This document shows, piece after piece, positions 29,837-40,668 of a DNA stretch of 64,000 bases. Made by a program: the position numbers and the translations under genes. The stretch is taken from assembly GCA_963814375.1 (NCBI GenBank), contig CAWFCQ010000007.1, forward strand, positions 64,001-128,000. The letters are read 5' to 3'. The DNA is from an uncultured Chloroflexia bacterium (lineage in GTDB: Bacteria; Chloroflexota; Limnocylindria; QHBO01). Every line of letters starts with the position of its first letter. Position 1 is the first letter of the stretch. The notes below the pieces were generated by a model. That model did not search any database. It was not told where the DNA came from and was given only the letters and a program-made list of their open reading frames with translations.

Positions 29837-29885
29837 TCTTCGGATCGCGGTCGCCACCCGCACCTGAGGCGTTAGCCTGTGCCAC

Positions 29886-30613
29886 GTGAGCGAGAACCTC
29901 TGTTACACCGACGCCTATCTGCGTGAGACCGAGGCGACCGTCGTCGAGGTCGACGCCGATGCGCACGCCGTCCTTCTGGACCGCACCGTCTTCTACCCCG
30001 GCGGTGGTGGCCAACCATCGGACGAGGGCGAGCTCGCGGGCGACTCCGGGGGCACGTGGCGCGTCATCGGCGCGAAGAAGCGTGGCGACGACATCTGGCA
30101 CACGGTCGAGGACGGCGCCGAGCTCCCGATGGCGGACACGCGGTCACCGCTCAGCTCGACTGGGAGCGACGGCATCGGCTGATGCGGACGCACTCGGCGC
30201 TGCACGTGCTCTGCGGAGTGGTGTGGCGGGACCACCAGGCGTCCGTCACCGGCGGCAACATGGAGCCGCTGTCGGGCCGGATGGACTTCGAGTTCGAGAC
30301 GATGTCCGGTGAGCTCGTCGGCGAGATCGAGCGGCGGGTGAACGAGGAGATCGCCGCCGATCGCGAGATCCTCGTCAGCATCCTGCCGCGCGAGGAGGCC
30401 TTCGCGATCCCGGACCTCATCCGCACCAAGATCAACCTGCTGCCGGAGGGAATCAGCGAGGTGCGAACGATCGAGATCGTCGGCCTTGACCTCCAGGCCG
30501 ACGGAGGGACGCACGTAGCCCGCACCTCGGAGATCGGCCAGGTCAGGGTGACCGGCTACGAGTCCAAGGGGCGCATCAACAAGCGCATCCGGATCGAGGT
30601 CGCCGACGCCTGA
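29886..30613 (+). CDS. Alanyl-tRNA editing protein AlaX; frameshift near 30140
   Basis: LDRTVFYPGGGGQPSD, RLMRTHSALH, QADGGTHV. Confidence 0.9.
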
Positions 30614-30614
30614 C

Positions 30615-31100
30615 ATGACCGATACGCCCGCGCTGGCGGCGCTCGCCGACTCGGGTATCGCCTTCGACGTGGTGCGCACCGAGCCCGCGCACAGCGCCGA
30701 GGAGAGCGCCGAGCTCCAGGGCATCGAGGTCGGCGCCCTGCTGCGCTCGATCGTCGTGCGGCGCGGGGACGACGACTACGTGTTCGTGCTCGTCCCCGGC
30801 GGGCGACGGTTCGACTGGCCGAAGCTCCGCGCTCATCTCGGCGTCAGCCGCCTCTCGCTGCCCGATGCGGATGAGGCTCGTGCGGCGACCGGCTACGAGC
30901 GCGGCGCGATCACGCCGTTCGGCGCCGCTCACGCCTGGCCGGTCATCGTCGACACCTCGGCAATGGCCTCCGAGCGGATAGCCGTCGGTGGCGGCGCTCG
31001 CGGGGTCAACCTTCACATGGCGCCCGCCGCGCTCGTCGATGCACTCGGGGCTGACGTCGTCGACGTCACCTCGGCGGAGCGACCCGGCACACCGAGATGA
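30615..31100 (+). CDS. YbaK/EbsC family aminoacyl-tRNA deacylase
   Basis: ATGYERGAITPFG and GGGARG motifs. Confidence 0.88.
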   Translation: MTDTPALAALADSGIAFDVVRTEPAHSAEESAELQGIEVGALLRSIVVRRGDDDYVFVLVPGGRRFDWPKLRAHLGVSRLSLPDADEARAATGYERGAITPFGAAHAWPVIVDTSAMASERIAVGGGARGVNLHMAPAALVDALGADVVDVTSAERPGTPR

Positions 31101-31669
31101 CGCGCTCATTCACCGATGGCATCCTCGAGTCGCCCGAGCTCCCGCCGATGCGGATGCGGGTCGACCCCGCGCTGCGCTACATCGGTGCCACCAGCCTCGA
31201 GATCAAGGCGATCGCGCTGGCGGAACGCCATCACTGGGTGACGGCCCGCGACGGCACCGTGAGCCGCATGCTGGTGGTCCAGTTCGAGAGCTTCCTGCCG
31301 TCGAATGACGAGAGCTACCGCTATCGGCTCCCCGACCCGGTGACGATGGGAGGCGCGACGTGGGGCAGCTGGGTCTTCTGCTACGCGGTCGGCGGCGAGG
31401 AACCGGCCCCCGAGACGCTCGATACCGTGCGGCATCTGCGCGAGCGCGGCCTGGAGCTGGCGGACGAGCAGGTGATGGCGCGCTACGCCCGCATCATCGG
31501 CGGCGACGCCCGGCACGAGGTGCTGATCTTCTACCACGAGCCGCTGCGCGCCCTCGGCCACACGCTGGCGACGGCGTCGGTGGACGGCGAGCTGCGACCC
31601 GAGCACGCATCGCTGGGTCGCGACCTCAAGGCGCGAGCGCGTCGGGCGTTCAGCCTGCTCGACGCCTGA
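31097..31669 (+). CDS. Hypothetical protein
   Basis: ATGA overlap with ybaK, typical codon usage. Confidence 0.65.
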   Translation: MTRSFTDGILESPELPPMRMRVDPALRYIGATSLEIKAIALAERHHWVTARDGTVSRMLVVQFESFLPSNDESYRYRLPDPVTMGGATWGSWVFCYAVGGEEPAPETLDTVRHLRERGLELADEQVMARYARIIGGDARHEVLIFYHEPLRALGHTLATASVDGELRPEHASLGRDLKARARRAFSLLDA

Positions 31670-32266
31670 TCGGGCGCCGCACGATCGGCCGAGGAGCCGA
31701 GCTCTTGTTGGCCCGCCGGCGCTCGACTACCTCGAAACCGGCACCCTCGAACATCCCCACCGTTCCCTTGAAGGCAAGGGCCGCCGGCACGCGCTCGCCA
31801 TCGGTGTCGACCGGGTAGGCCTCGAGCAACGTCGCGCCGTGATCGCGGGCGTAATCGACGGCGGCGCTCGAGGAGGGCACGGGCGACGCCCTGGCCACGA
31901 GCGCTCCGTGCGACCACGAAGCAGACGATCGACCAGACCGGCTTGTCGTCGATCGGCGCCAGCACCTTCGAGTGCTGGAGACGCGCATAGTCGTCGCGGG
32001 GGCCGACGCTGACCCACCCGACCGCCTCGCCGTCGCGATAGGCGACCAATCCGGGCGCGCGCTTCTCGGCGGCCGTCGTGGCGACTGCGGCTTCGAGCAC
32101 CTTCCGGTTGCCACTGGCCGTGGCGGCCTGGAAGTCGACGTTGCGGACCCGATACCACGAGCAGAAGCACCACTTCGGATCGCCGCCCTGGCCGGAAAAG
32201 CGCGGCCAGATCACCGAATCGCTTCGCGGTGAGCGGATGAATCTGCAGCGGTACGGCGTCAGTCAC
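31650..32266 (-). CDS. GNAT acetyltransferase; two frameshifts
   Basis: WCFCSWYR, VGWVSVGPR, IVCFVVARSARGQGVA, LEAYPVD, spread over three frames. Confidence 0.82.
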
Positions 32267-33689
32267 GAGCCGATTGTGACCGACGCCGAAGCAGGAAGAG
32301 CGTCCGTGGCGAGTCGCTGACCCGCGCCTCGCGCTCGATCTCGAAGGCCGCACCGAATGCGGTGCGGAATCCCTCGATCGTGTAGCCCTCGAAGATGTCG
32401 CGACGCGCGGCGAGGAGGCGCTGCGTCATCGGGTCCTCCTTCGGCACGAACTCGACGATCGCGCTCGGTGCCATGCGTGCGAACAGCTCCGCCACACCGG
32501 GCAGCGGCACGTTGTTGCCGATCGCGAGGTGATGCACGAGCGCGAGGGCGAGGATCAGGTCAGGCTCGCCGCGCTCGAGGAACGAGGCACGCTCTCGCAG
32601 CCCCCAGCCGATGCTTGGGGAGGGATTGGCGAGGTCGAGGATGAGCGGCAGGATCTCGGGCCGGGCATCGCCACGCACCCGCCGCCAGTGCTCCTCCACG
32701 CTGCCTGCGTCCTGGTCCCAGGCGATGACGCGGTAACCGGCATCGGCGGCCATGGCGCTGTACACGCCGACGTTGGCGCCGACGTCCCAGGCGGTTGTCC
32801 CGCCGACCGACGCCAGCATCTCGCGCACGATCTCGCCCTTGCTGGCGGTCGCCGTCTCGGAATAGGACGTCGCGGTCGCGTACCCGGCCCAGTGACCGGA
32901 CGGCTTCCAGCGCAGCCCCGAGACGGTCCGTCGCAGCGAGTCGAGCAGGGCACGCTGCCCCGTCTCGCTGATACGGCGCTCGCGCTGCTGCCCGGCCTGC
33001 GGCGCCGCCGACCCGGCGGCCCGTCGCTGAGCACCCGCATGAAGGTGGAGGTGCGAGGCGAGGCCGACATTGAGCCTCGTTCGGCCGGGCAGCAGGCGCG
33101 TGGCGAGGTCGAGCGGGATGCCGTCGATGAAGTCGCGCAGCATGAGCCCGCATCGGGCGTCGCGGTGCGCGATGAGGGCAAGGGGCGCCAGGAAATGCTC
33201 GCAGAACTGGCGATACGCGGGCCACGGCTCGGTCGCCGGCGCCTTCTCGAAGCTAAGGCTGTCGATGAGGATCGGGCGACCAGCGTCGAACTGCACGTTG
33301 TAGGCGCTCGCGTCGCGCAGACGCATCCCGGCGTCGAGCGCGCGGCCCTGGATCTCGAGCGTGAGGAGCGCAGCCTCCTTCAGCTGCGAGAAGGACCACT
33401 CGTACGGGTACGAGATGAAGTCGAGCACGCGCGGACGGATGACGGCGATGGCGCCGGGCCGGGCCGCGGCCTCGAGGGGGGCATCGGTGTGGTCGACGAG
33501 CAGCCGGTCGGCGACGAGGCGTTCGAGAAGTCCACTCGAGCCCGCGGCCTCCCAGTCGGCGGCGGCCGGCGGTTGGACCTGTCGGTAGAGGACGCCGTCG
33601 CGGCGGAAGATGAATCCGGACGGGTCGCGGAACGAGGCCGGGTCGACGACCGGCCGGTCAGCGGGTGGAATCGGACTCCTCGCCGACAT
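32259..33689 (-). CDS. NoeA-like class I SAM-dependent methyltransferase
   Basis: SFRDPSG, ISYPYEWSF, DASAYNVQF, QFCEHFLAPL, DVGANVG, LALVHHLAI. Confidence 0.88.
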   Translation of the reverse strand: MSARSPIPPADRPVVDPASFRDPSGFIFRRDGVLYRQVQPPAAADWEAAGSSGLLERLVADRLLVDHTDAPLEAAARPGAIAVIRPRVLDFISYPYEWSFSQLKEAALLTLEIQGRALDAGMRLRDASAYNVQFDAGRPILIDSLSFEKAPATEPWPAYRQFCEHFLAPLALIAHRDARCGLMLRDFIDGIPLDLATRLLPGRTRLNVGLASHLHLHAGAQRRAAGSAAPQAGQQRERRISETGQRALLDSLRRTVSGLRWKPSGHWAGYATATSYSETATASKGEIVREMLASVGGTTAWDVGANVGVYSAMAADAGYRVIAWDQDAGSVEEHWRRVRGDARPEILPLILDLANPSPSIGWGLRERASFLERGEPDLILALALVHHLAIGNNVPLPGVAELFARMAPSAIVEFVPKEDPMTQRLLAARRDIFEGYTIEGFRTAFGAAFEIEREARVSDSPRTLFLLRRRSQSARD

Positions 33690-33840
33690 CGGCGCGTTCG
33701 GGAGCCTCGCCACCGCCGCGGATGCGACGCAGGCCATCGCCGATGAAGCGACGGAAGAAGAACGGGATGGCGAGGATGCCCGCCAGGATCACCTGGAGCA
33801 GCATGCTCCCCGATCCCGGATCGATATAGGCCAATAGCAT
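33658..33840 (-). CDS. Small membrane protein with AYIDPGSGS motif
   Basis: 60 aa, YIDPGSGSMLLQ followed by one TM helix; overlaps the methyltransferase start. Confidence 0.8.
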   Translation of the reverse strand: MLLAYIDPGSGSMLLQVILAGILAIPFFFRRFIGDGLRRIRGGGEAPERADVGEESDSTR

Positions 33841-33870
33841 GAAATCAAGTCCCGGGGTAGTGTTGAGCGG

Positions 33871-35455
33871 ATGTTAACCGGTACGCGCCCGGCCGGCCAC
33901 CGCCGGCGGTTCGACTGGAGCGCGGTGCCGATCCACCCGATCCTCGCCGCCGCCTATCCCGTGGTGTTCCTGTTCGCGATCAACGCGGCCGAGCAGGTCA
34001 CCCTCGAGCCGCTGTGGGCACCGCTCGCGCTCGCGATCGGCGGAACCCTCATCTGCTTCGCGGTGGCGAAGCTGATCCTCGGTGACTGGGATCGCGCAGC
34101 GTTGCTGACGACAGTGCTGGTCATCGCGTTCTTCGGGTACGGGCACGTGTGGAACGCAGCTGCCGGGCGTGGTGGACAGCCAGTGGCCGCTCATCATCGC
34201 GTGGGCGCTGCTGTTCGTGATCGCGCTGATCATCGTCTGGAAGTCGAAGCGCTGGGCACGGACCGCCACGCGCGCCCTGAACCTGGTCGTCGCGCTGGCC
34301 CTGCTGCTGAATGCCTGGGCCCTGGCCGGGACCTTCGTCGCGTTCGGCGCGGCCGCACCGGCGAGCGAGCTGACCGAGCTCGAGCTCCAGCCGCCGTCCA
34401 CCGAGGAGCTTCCGGACGTCTACTACATCATCCTCGACCGATACGCCGGCTCGACCGCGCTGAACGATGTCTACGACTTCGACAACGAGCCGTTCCTCAC
34501 CGCGCTCGAGGACCGCGGCTTCCGCGTGGCGCGGAACGCCCACGCCAACTACATCAAGACTCCGCTCTCGCTCGGCAGCTCGCTCAACATCGACTATCTC
34601 GACACCGATGCCCTCAAGGCCGAGGCATCGTCAGGGGAGGATCGCGAGCCGATCCATCGTGTCCTCCGAGATCACCTCGTCGTCCCGACCGCGCTCAAGG
34701 AGCTCGGCTACCAGTACGTCCACGTTTCGAACTGGTGGCCTCCAACTCTCGAGAACGTCGATGCGGACCGCATCTTCCGCTACGAGGGGCAGGACGAGTT
34801 CTCGACCGTGCTGGCCCAGACCACGCTGCTGCGCGCCTTCAACGAGCCCGAGGCCGCTCCCACCGACCCGTACGACTGGAGCGTTCTCATCAAGCACACG
34901 CGCTACGAGCTCGACCGGCTTGATGAGATCCCCAGCATGCCGGGCCCGAAGTTCGTCTTCGCCCACCTGCTGCTGCCCCATGACCCGTACCTGTTCAACC
35001 CCGACGGCTCAGCCACGACTCGCGAGCAGGTCGCCAGCCAGGGGCAGGTGGTCAGCTATCGGAACCAGCTGCGCTTCGCGAACGATCGGATGCTCGAGAT
35101 CGTCGACCGGATCGTGGACAGCTCGAGCAACGCCGTGATCATGATCCAGGCCGATGAGGGCCCGTTCCCGGCCCGCTATCGAGCGGCCCGTGAGTGGGGC
35201 TTCGAGTGGCGCGATGCGACCGATGCCGAGCTGGAGGAGAAGTTCGGCATCCTCTTCGCGATGCGGGTCCCCGGCGCCGATGTCGACGCCGCTGGCTTCC
35301 ACGACTCCATCACGCCGGTGAACACGTTCCGAGTCATCTTCAACGCCCGGTTCGGCACCGACCTGCCGATGCTCCCCGACCGCATCTGGGCGCACGAGGA
35401 CCTCGACCACTTCTACGACTTCTTCGAGATCACAGACCGCCTCTTGGACGATTGA
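33871..35455 (+). CDS. Membrane protein with sulfatase / LTA-synthase-like extracytoplasmic domain; frameshift near 34165
   Basis: N-terminal TM helices, PDVYYIILDRY, FVFAHLLLPHDPY, IQADEG. Confidence 0.8.
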
Positions 35456-35520
35456 GCCTCCCCGCGCACGGCGGCCCGCAGCCTGACTAATGCTGGCGTG
35501 GCCAGCGTATGACCGGCCGG

Positions 35521-38500
35521 CTAAGGCTTCCCTGGCGAGCGTTTGACAAGATGCGGGCCTGCGGAAGCCAGACGCTCGAGGTGCGGTCGGGCGCCGAGTT
35601 GCCGATACGCCTCCGAGGCGTGCGCCCGCAGCTCATCGGCCTCAGCAGGCTCCACGGTGGCCGCGAGCAGCTCCCGCGTGCGGGCAGCCTCGAACACAAC
35701 CCCCATAGCGTCATAGGCTGCGAGCGCGGATCGAAGGCGGTCCCGCGCGCGTCCCATCCGGCGTCCCCCGGCGGCGACGTCGATCAGCGCTTCGGCGCGA
35801 TCCAATGCGGGTGGCAGGACGGCCAGGGCACTCGCCATGCGCCGGACGCGTGGCATCGCGGCAGCAAGGCCCTCCAGGTCCTCCAATGCGCCGAGCGCCT
35901 CGAGCCAGGCGAGGTACTCGTAAGCGTTCTCCTCGGTCGTGATATGACGGGACGATTCGACGACGCGCTCCGCCATGCTTCGCCCGACGGCCAGGCTGCC
36001 GAGCGCTACACGTGCACGCGCAGCGATCGCATCCGGGGTTCCAATCAGCTCGGCCGGGCTGTTGCGGTCATGGTCGTCCAGCAGTGCCACGGCGCGCGCG
36101 GTCTCCCCGCGATGCGCCAGGACGAGAGCCCCGAGCACCGGCCCACCCCGCACATACGGACAGCCGCGGCCGCGCTCCGAAGCGAGGGCGTCGAGATGCT
36201 CGTCGATGAGCGGCGGGATCTCCTCCCAGCGGCCGAGGTTGAAGAGGACGTTCATCGTCGTGTAGGAGCCGTGCATCAGGTGGTGCGCGCTCATCTGCCG
36301 ACCGCGCTCCAGCGATCGGCGCGCCGGCGCCAGTGCATCGCCGAACCGGCCTCCGACCTCCGCGATCACGTTCGCAGCTTCAAATCCGGTCGACGCCGCA
36401 CGACCGGCGACGAGGCGCTCGTCGAGAGGCAGCGCACGCTCGGCCACAGCGAGGGCCGCTCGGAAGTCACCGACCAGCGAGTGGAGCTGCGCGAGCGTCA
36501 TGCACGCGTTCGAGGCCACGTTTACCAGCTCCATGCGGGTCGCGATCTCCAGCGCATTCTCGGCGGCCGCGATTCGTGCTCGAGCGCCAATCGGGTCGCT
36601 TTGACCTTCCGCGAGCCAGCGTAAGCCGGTCGCGGCCTTGTACGACAGGAGCGACGCCAGGTGCGTCTTTGCACCGGCGGCGGCGATGCCCTCGTCGACG
36701 ACGTCCTCGATCGCTCCGGGGTCGGGGCGGTGGCGGAAGGTACCCCAACGCGCCGCCGCCATGGCGGCCAGCTTTGAGGCGAGCCGCGCCACGGGCTCCC
36801 GGTCACTGAGCTTTCGTCGGACCTTCAATGCCTCGCCCAGCGCCTGCCATGCCTCGTCGCCGTGGTAGGCGGCGTCGTGATCATCACCGATCGCCTCGAG
36901 CGCCTCCGCTCGCTCCTCCTCGCTGCTCGCCAACCGAAGGCCGGCCTCGTGGAGTTCCAGGGCCCGGGCGATGGCCGAACGGCCGCGCAGCTGGTTGCCC
37001 GCGACGAGCTGCGCCCGATAGGCCCGTCGCCGCACCGCGTTCCCGGCCTCGGGGTCGTCCAACCAGGCGAGACGCGCGCCCTCGCCTGACAACGCTGCCT
37101 GGAAGTGCTCGGCGATCAGCTCGGTTCGTTCGTCTGACGAACTGGACGCCGCAGCCAGCCACGCGGCGAACTCGGCGTGCGCCAGTGCGCGACGCCGCTT
37201 GGACATTCCGCCGTACGCGACCTCTCGAATCAGCGCATGACGGAAGCGGTGCTCGCCGGGCTGGCCGGTTCCCGGTCTGGGATCCGGCAGCACGAGTCCG
37301 TGCCCGTGGAGCGCGTCGAGCATCTCGGCGACCCCGGTGGCCATGGCATTTGCCAGCGCATCGGCGTGGAAGAAGCGGCCGAGAACCGCCGCTTCCCTCA
37401 ATGCCCTCTTCTCGAGCGGCGGCAGGAGGTCGATGCGCGACGCGAGCAGCGCATGGACGCTATGGGGCAGCTCTGCGGCGGCGGACACGCCGCCTTCGAC
37501 GACATGTCGCACGATCTCCTCGAGGAAGAAGGGGTTGCCGTCGGCTCGCTCCAGCGCCGCCGCACGCAGCTCGGGTGGGATGCCGCGTTCGCCCACGAGC
37601 TCCGAGAGAAGTGCTTCGCTATCGGCGGCGCCCAGGGGTTCCAGGCGCAGGCGCGACACGGCCGGAAGGCCGGCGACGGCTTGCGCCCATCCGTCGCCGG
37701 CAGGGCGTGCGGTACCGACCATCAGCACCGGTCCGTCCGCCTCGAGCAGCCGCGGCAGCAGCCCGAGCAGCTCGGAGGAGGCCCAGTGAAGATCCTCGAG
37801 CACGACGACCGGCCGGTGGCGGGCCGCGAGGCCGGTGAGCAATCGGGGCCAGGCCCGCTCCAGCTCCCGCGCTACCTCTCGCGGTTCGGCCGCGGCGAGC
37901 CGGCTGTTCGGCACGGTGATGTCGGCGCTGATGGCCAGCGGATCGACGAGCCCATCGACCTCATCGCGATCCACCAGCGTCGCGACCATCGCCCGGAGGC
38001 GCTTCGCCGCCATTGCCGGCCCGTCGGCCTCACCGATTCCGGCAGCCACGTTGATGATCTCCGCCAGCGCTCCGAACGTGACTCGCTGCCCGGCGGCAAG
38101 GCAGCGCCCGCGCAGGATCCGAATTCGCGGGTCATCCTGGGCGAACACGACCTCGAGCTCGCGCACCAGCCGGCTCTTGCCAACACCGGCCTCACCCTCG
38201 ATGACCACGAGGCGCGGTTTTGCATCGGCCAGCGTTCGGTGAAGCGCGTCCCGGAGGATCCGCAGTTCGTCTCCACGGCCGACGAATTGCGCTCCAACCG
38301 TCGCCGGTCGGCCGCGTGCGGGTAGCAACCCGAGCACCGGCCACGCCTTCAGCAGGCCGGCCTTGCCCTTTGCATGCACGGCGCGAGGCGAGTCGAACGA
38401 GATCGAACCACCTGCGGCGCTCGCGGTGTCCTCGCCGACGAGGATCTCGCCCGGCGCGGCGGCCTGCTCCAGTCGAGCGCTGATGTTCACAGCGTCACCG

Positions 38501-38964
38501 GCCACCATCGGTCCCGCGGCCGAGCGGACGACCACCTCACCGCCATTGATACCGATCCGGATCGCGAGCCGAACTCCATGCTGGCGCTCGAGCTGCTCGT
38601 TGATCGTCTGGAGGCGATCTAGCATCTCCAATGCGGAGCGCACGGCACGCTCAGCATCGTCCTCATGCACTGATGGCAGTCCGAAGACGGCCATGACCGC
38701 ATCCCCGATGTACTTCTCGACGTGTCCTCCCCAGCGCTCGAGGATCTCGCTCATCTCGCTGAAGAAGCGACCCAGGATCGCGCTCAGGCGCTCTGCGTCG
38801 AGCCGATCCGCCAGCTCGGTCGAGGAGGCGAGATCGGCGAAGACGACAGTGACGTGCTTGCGCTCCTCGTCCGCCGGCTCCGTCGCGACGGGCTCCGCGC
38901 AGGCGGGACAGAAGCGCGCGTCAGGCGGGAGCGCCGCCGAGCAGCTTGCGCAGGTTACGGTCAC
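35521..38964 (-). CDS. Zn-ribbon + class III adenylate/guanylate cyclase + AAA/STAND ATPase + TPR-like protein
   Basis: CASC..CPAC, FADL, EKYIGDAVM, GDAVNISARLE, GEAGVGKS, VLEDLHW, GNPFF. Confidence 0.92.
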   Translation of the reverse strand: MTVTCASCSAALPPDARFCPACAEPVATEPADEERKHVTVVFADLASSTELADRLDAERLSAILGRFFSEMSEILERWGGHVEKYIGDAVMAVFGLPSVHEDDAERAVRSALEMLDRLQTINEQLERQHGVRLAIRIGINGGEVVVRSAAGPMVAGDAVNISARLEQAAAPGEILVGEDTASAAGGSISFDSPRAVHAKGKAGLLKAWPVLGLLPARGRPATVGAQFVGRGDELRILRDALHRTLADAKPRLVVIEGEAGVGKSRLVRELEVVFAQDDPRIRILRGRCLAAGQRVTFGALAEIINVAAGIGEADGPAMAAKRLRAMVATLVDRDEVDGLVDPLAISADITVPNSRLAAAEPREVARELERAWPRLLTGLAARHRPVVVLEDLHWASSELLGLLPRLLEADGPVLMVGTARPAGDGWAQAVAGLPAVSRLRLEPLGAADSEALLSELVGERGIPPELRAAALERADGNPFFLEEIVRHVVEGGVSAAAELPHSVHALLASRIDLLPPLEKRALREAAVLGRFFHADALANAMATGVAEMLDALHGHGLVLPDPRPGTGQPGEHRFRHALIREVAYGGMSKRRRALAHAEFAAWLAAASSSSDERTELIAEHFQAALSGEGARLAWLDDPEAGNAVRRRAYRAQLVAGNQLRGRSAIARALELHEAGLRLASSEEERAEALEAIGDDHDAAYHGDEAWQALGEALKVRRKLSDREPVARLASKLAAMAAARWGTFRHRPDPGAIEDVVDEGIAAAGAKTHLASLLSYKAATGLRWLAEGQSDPIGARARIAAAENALEIATRMELVNVASNACMTLAQLHSLVGDFRAALAVAERALPLDERLVAGRAASTGFEAANVIAEVGGRFGDALAPARRSLERGRQMSAHHLMHGSYTTMNVLFNLGRWEEIPPLIDEHLDALASERGRGCPYVRGGPVLGALVLAHRGETARAVALLDDHDRNSPAELIGTPDAIAARARVALGSLAVGRSMAERVVESSRHITTEENAYEYLAWLEALGALEDLEGLAAAMPRVRRMASALAVLPPALDRAEALIDVAAGGRRMGRARDRLRSALAAYDAMGVVFEAARTRELLAATVEPAEADELRAHASEAYRQLGARPHLERLASAGPHLVKRSPGKP

Positions 38965-38982
38965 CGTCTCGAGCAGCCCGGC

Positions 38983-40620
38983 TCACGAGCCAGCGGTGGC
39001 CAGCACCGCCCGCTCGGCCAGCGCGATCGGCAGGCCGCCGCTGCCGGTGATGCCGTCGTGGAAGGCGCGCAGCGCATCGGTATCCGCTGATCCGTGGGCC
39101 GCGAAGAAGGCTTCACGGATGCGGACGATCTCGAGACACCCGGTCAGGTACGAGCTCGCCTGCGTCGGCCAGGCGCAGTAGCGCGTGACCTCGGCCTTCG
39201 CGGTGGGCTCAGTCAGGGCGGTGCGCTCGACCATGAAGGCGACCGCCTGGTCCCAGCTCATCTCGCCCATGTGGAGCGAGGTGTCGACGACGATGCGCGC
39301 CGCCCGGAAGATCGCGGCCTCGTGCTGGTACATCTCGTGGCGCAGGTCGGTGAAGAAGCCCTGCTCGCGCATCATCCGCTCCGCGTACAGGGCCCAACCC
39401 TCGCTGAAGTAAGGGGTCCGGTACACCTGGCGCAGCCGGCTCGGGTTTGCCTTCGACATCACCAGGTGCCAGTGGTGGCCGGGGTAGGCCTCGTGGACCG
39501 CGGTGGTGGGGATGCCCGGATAGGAATTCGAGGCGAGCCGCTGCTGGATCTCTTCTTCGGATGCGCCATCGGGCGGGAACGGCACGAAGAAGTGGCCCTG
39601 CATCCGATCGCTGAACGGCGGCGGCTGCATGTAGCTGGCGACCGCCAGGACCGGCCGCTGGAAATGCGGCGAGGGCACGACCGCGCACTCCTCGCCCTCC
39701 GGGAAGCTGACCAGCCGATGCTCGCGCAGGTACGCGCGGGCTCGCTCGGTCCAATCCTCGTAGCCGATGCGCATCGCCTCGGGCGTGGTCGGGTGATCGT
39801 CGTTGAGCTCGTCGAGAACCGATCGCCAATCGTCGGTGCCACGCAGCTCGCGGGCGCAGCGGGCGAGATCGGCGGCGATCTCGTCATAGGCGACCTTTCC
39901 GCGCTCGCGCAGCTCGCGGGCACCGAAGCCGAGCAGCTCCTTCTCCCGCAGGAGGGCCGAGTAGCGCTCCTCGCCGAGCGGGAAGTCGCCCGTGGCGTTC
40001 GGCCGCAGCCCCTCCAGGAATCCGACGTACGCGTCGTAGGCGGACCCCGCCGCTTCACCCGCTTCCGCGAGCCGATCACGCAGCGATGCATCGGCGACCT
40101 GGGCAGGCAGGATCTCGCGGACGTAGCGCGCGCCGGCCCGCGCCTGGTTCGCCGCCCGGTCGAGGAAGATGGCCGGCACGAGCTCGGCGCGCAGGTTGCG
40201 CCGGCCGTCCTCCAGGTTGCCCGGGATCAGCGCCATCCGGGCGATGGCGGCGTCGACCAGCTCCGGCATCGGCCGCAGCTGGTGGAGGAAGAGGGCGAAG
40301 ATGCCCTGCATGCCCGGGTTGAGGTACGTGTCGGGCTGGCGGCGCCAGACCTCGAAGTCGTCGATGATCTGCCGCCCTCGAAGGATGCTGATGACGAGAT
40401 CGCGATCGATCTGGTCGTCGACGCTCAGGGAGACAGTGTCGACCTCACTGAAGGCCGCCAGCCATCGCGTGTCGGCGACGCTTCGGCGAGCGAATGCCGC
40501 CTCGGACAGGTCATCGAGCTGGTCGTCGTACTCGGTCAGCCCCAGGGCGCTGGCGCGCACCGGGGAGTCGGCGAACTCGGCGTCGAGGAACTCGTTGGTG
40601 AGATCGCTGAACGACGGCAT
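38983..40620 (-). CDS. DUF885 family protein
   Basis: HEAYPGHH, FSEGWALYAE, RAARIVVD, PTQASSYLTG. Confidence 0.9.
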   Translation of the reverse strand: MPSFSDLTNEFLDAEFADSPVRASALGLTEYDDQLDDLSEAAFARRSVADTRWLAAFSEVDTVSLSVDDQIDRDLVISILRGRQIIDDFEVWRRQPDTYLNPGMQGIFALFLHQLRPMPELVDAAIARMALIPGNLEDGRRNLRAELVPAIFLDRAANQARAGARYVREILPAQVADASLRDRLAEAGEAAGSAYDAYVGFLEGLRPNATGDFPLGEERYSALLREKELLGFGARELRERGKVAYDEIAADLARCARELRGTDDWRSVLDELNDDHPTTPEAMRIGYEDWTERARAYLREHRLVSFPEGEECAVVPSPHFQRPVLAVASYMQPPPFSDRMQGHFFVPFPPDGASEEEIQQRLASNSYPGIPTTAVHEAYPGHHWHLVMSKANPSRLRQVYRTPYFSEGWALYAERMMREQGFFTDLRHEMYQHEAAIFRAARIVVDTSLHMGEMSWDQAVAFMVERTALTEPTAKAEVTRYCAWPTQASSYLTGCLEIVRIREAFFAAHGSADTDALRAFHDGITGSGGLPIALAERAVLATAGS

Positions 40621-40668
40621 GCGGCGGCTCCTGCTGCAACCCGGGGACCGCTGATTTTAGACCCGGCC

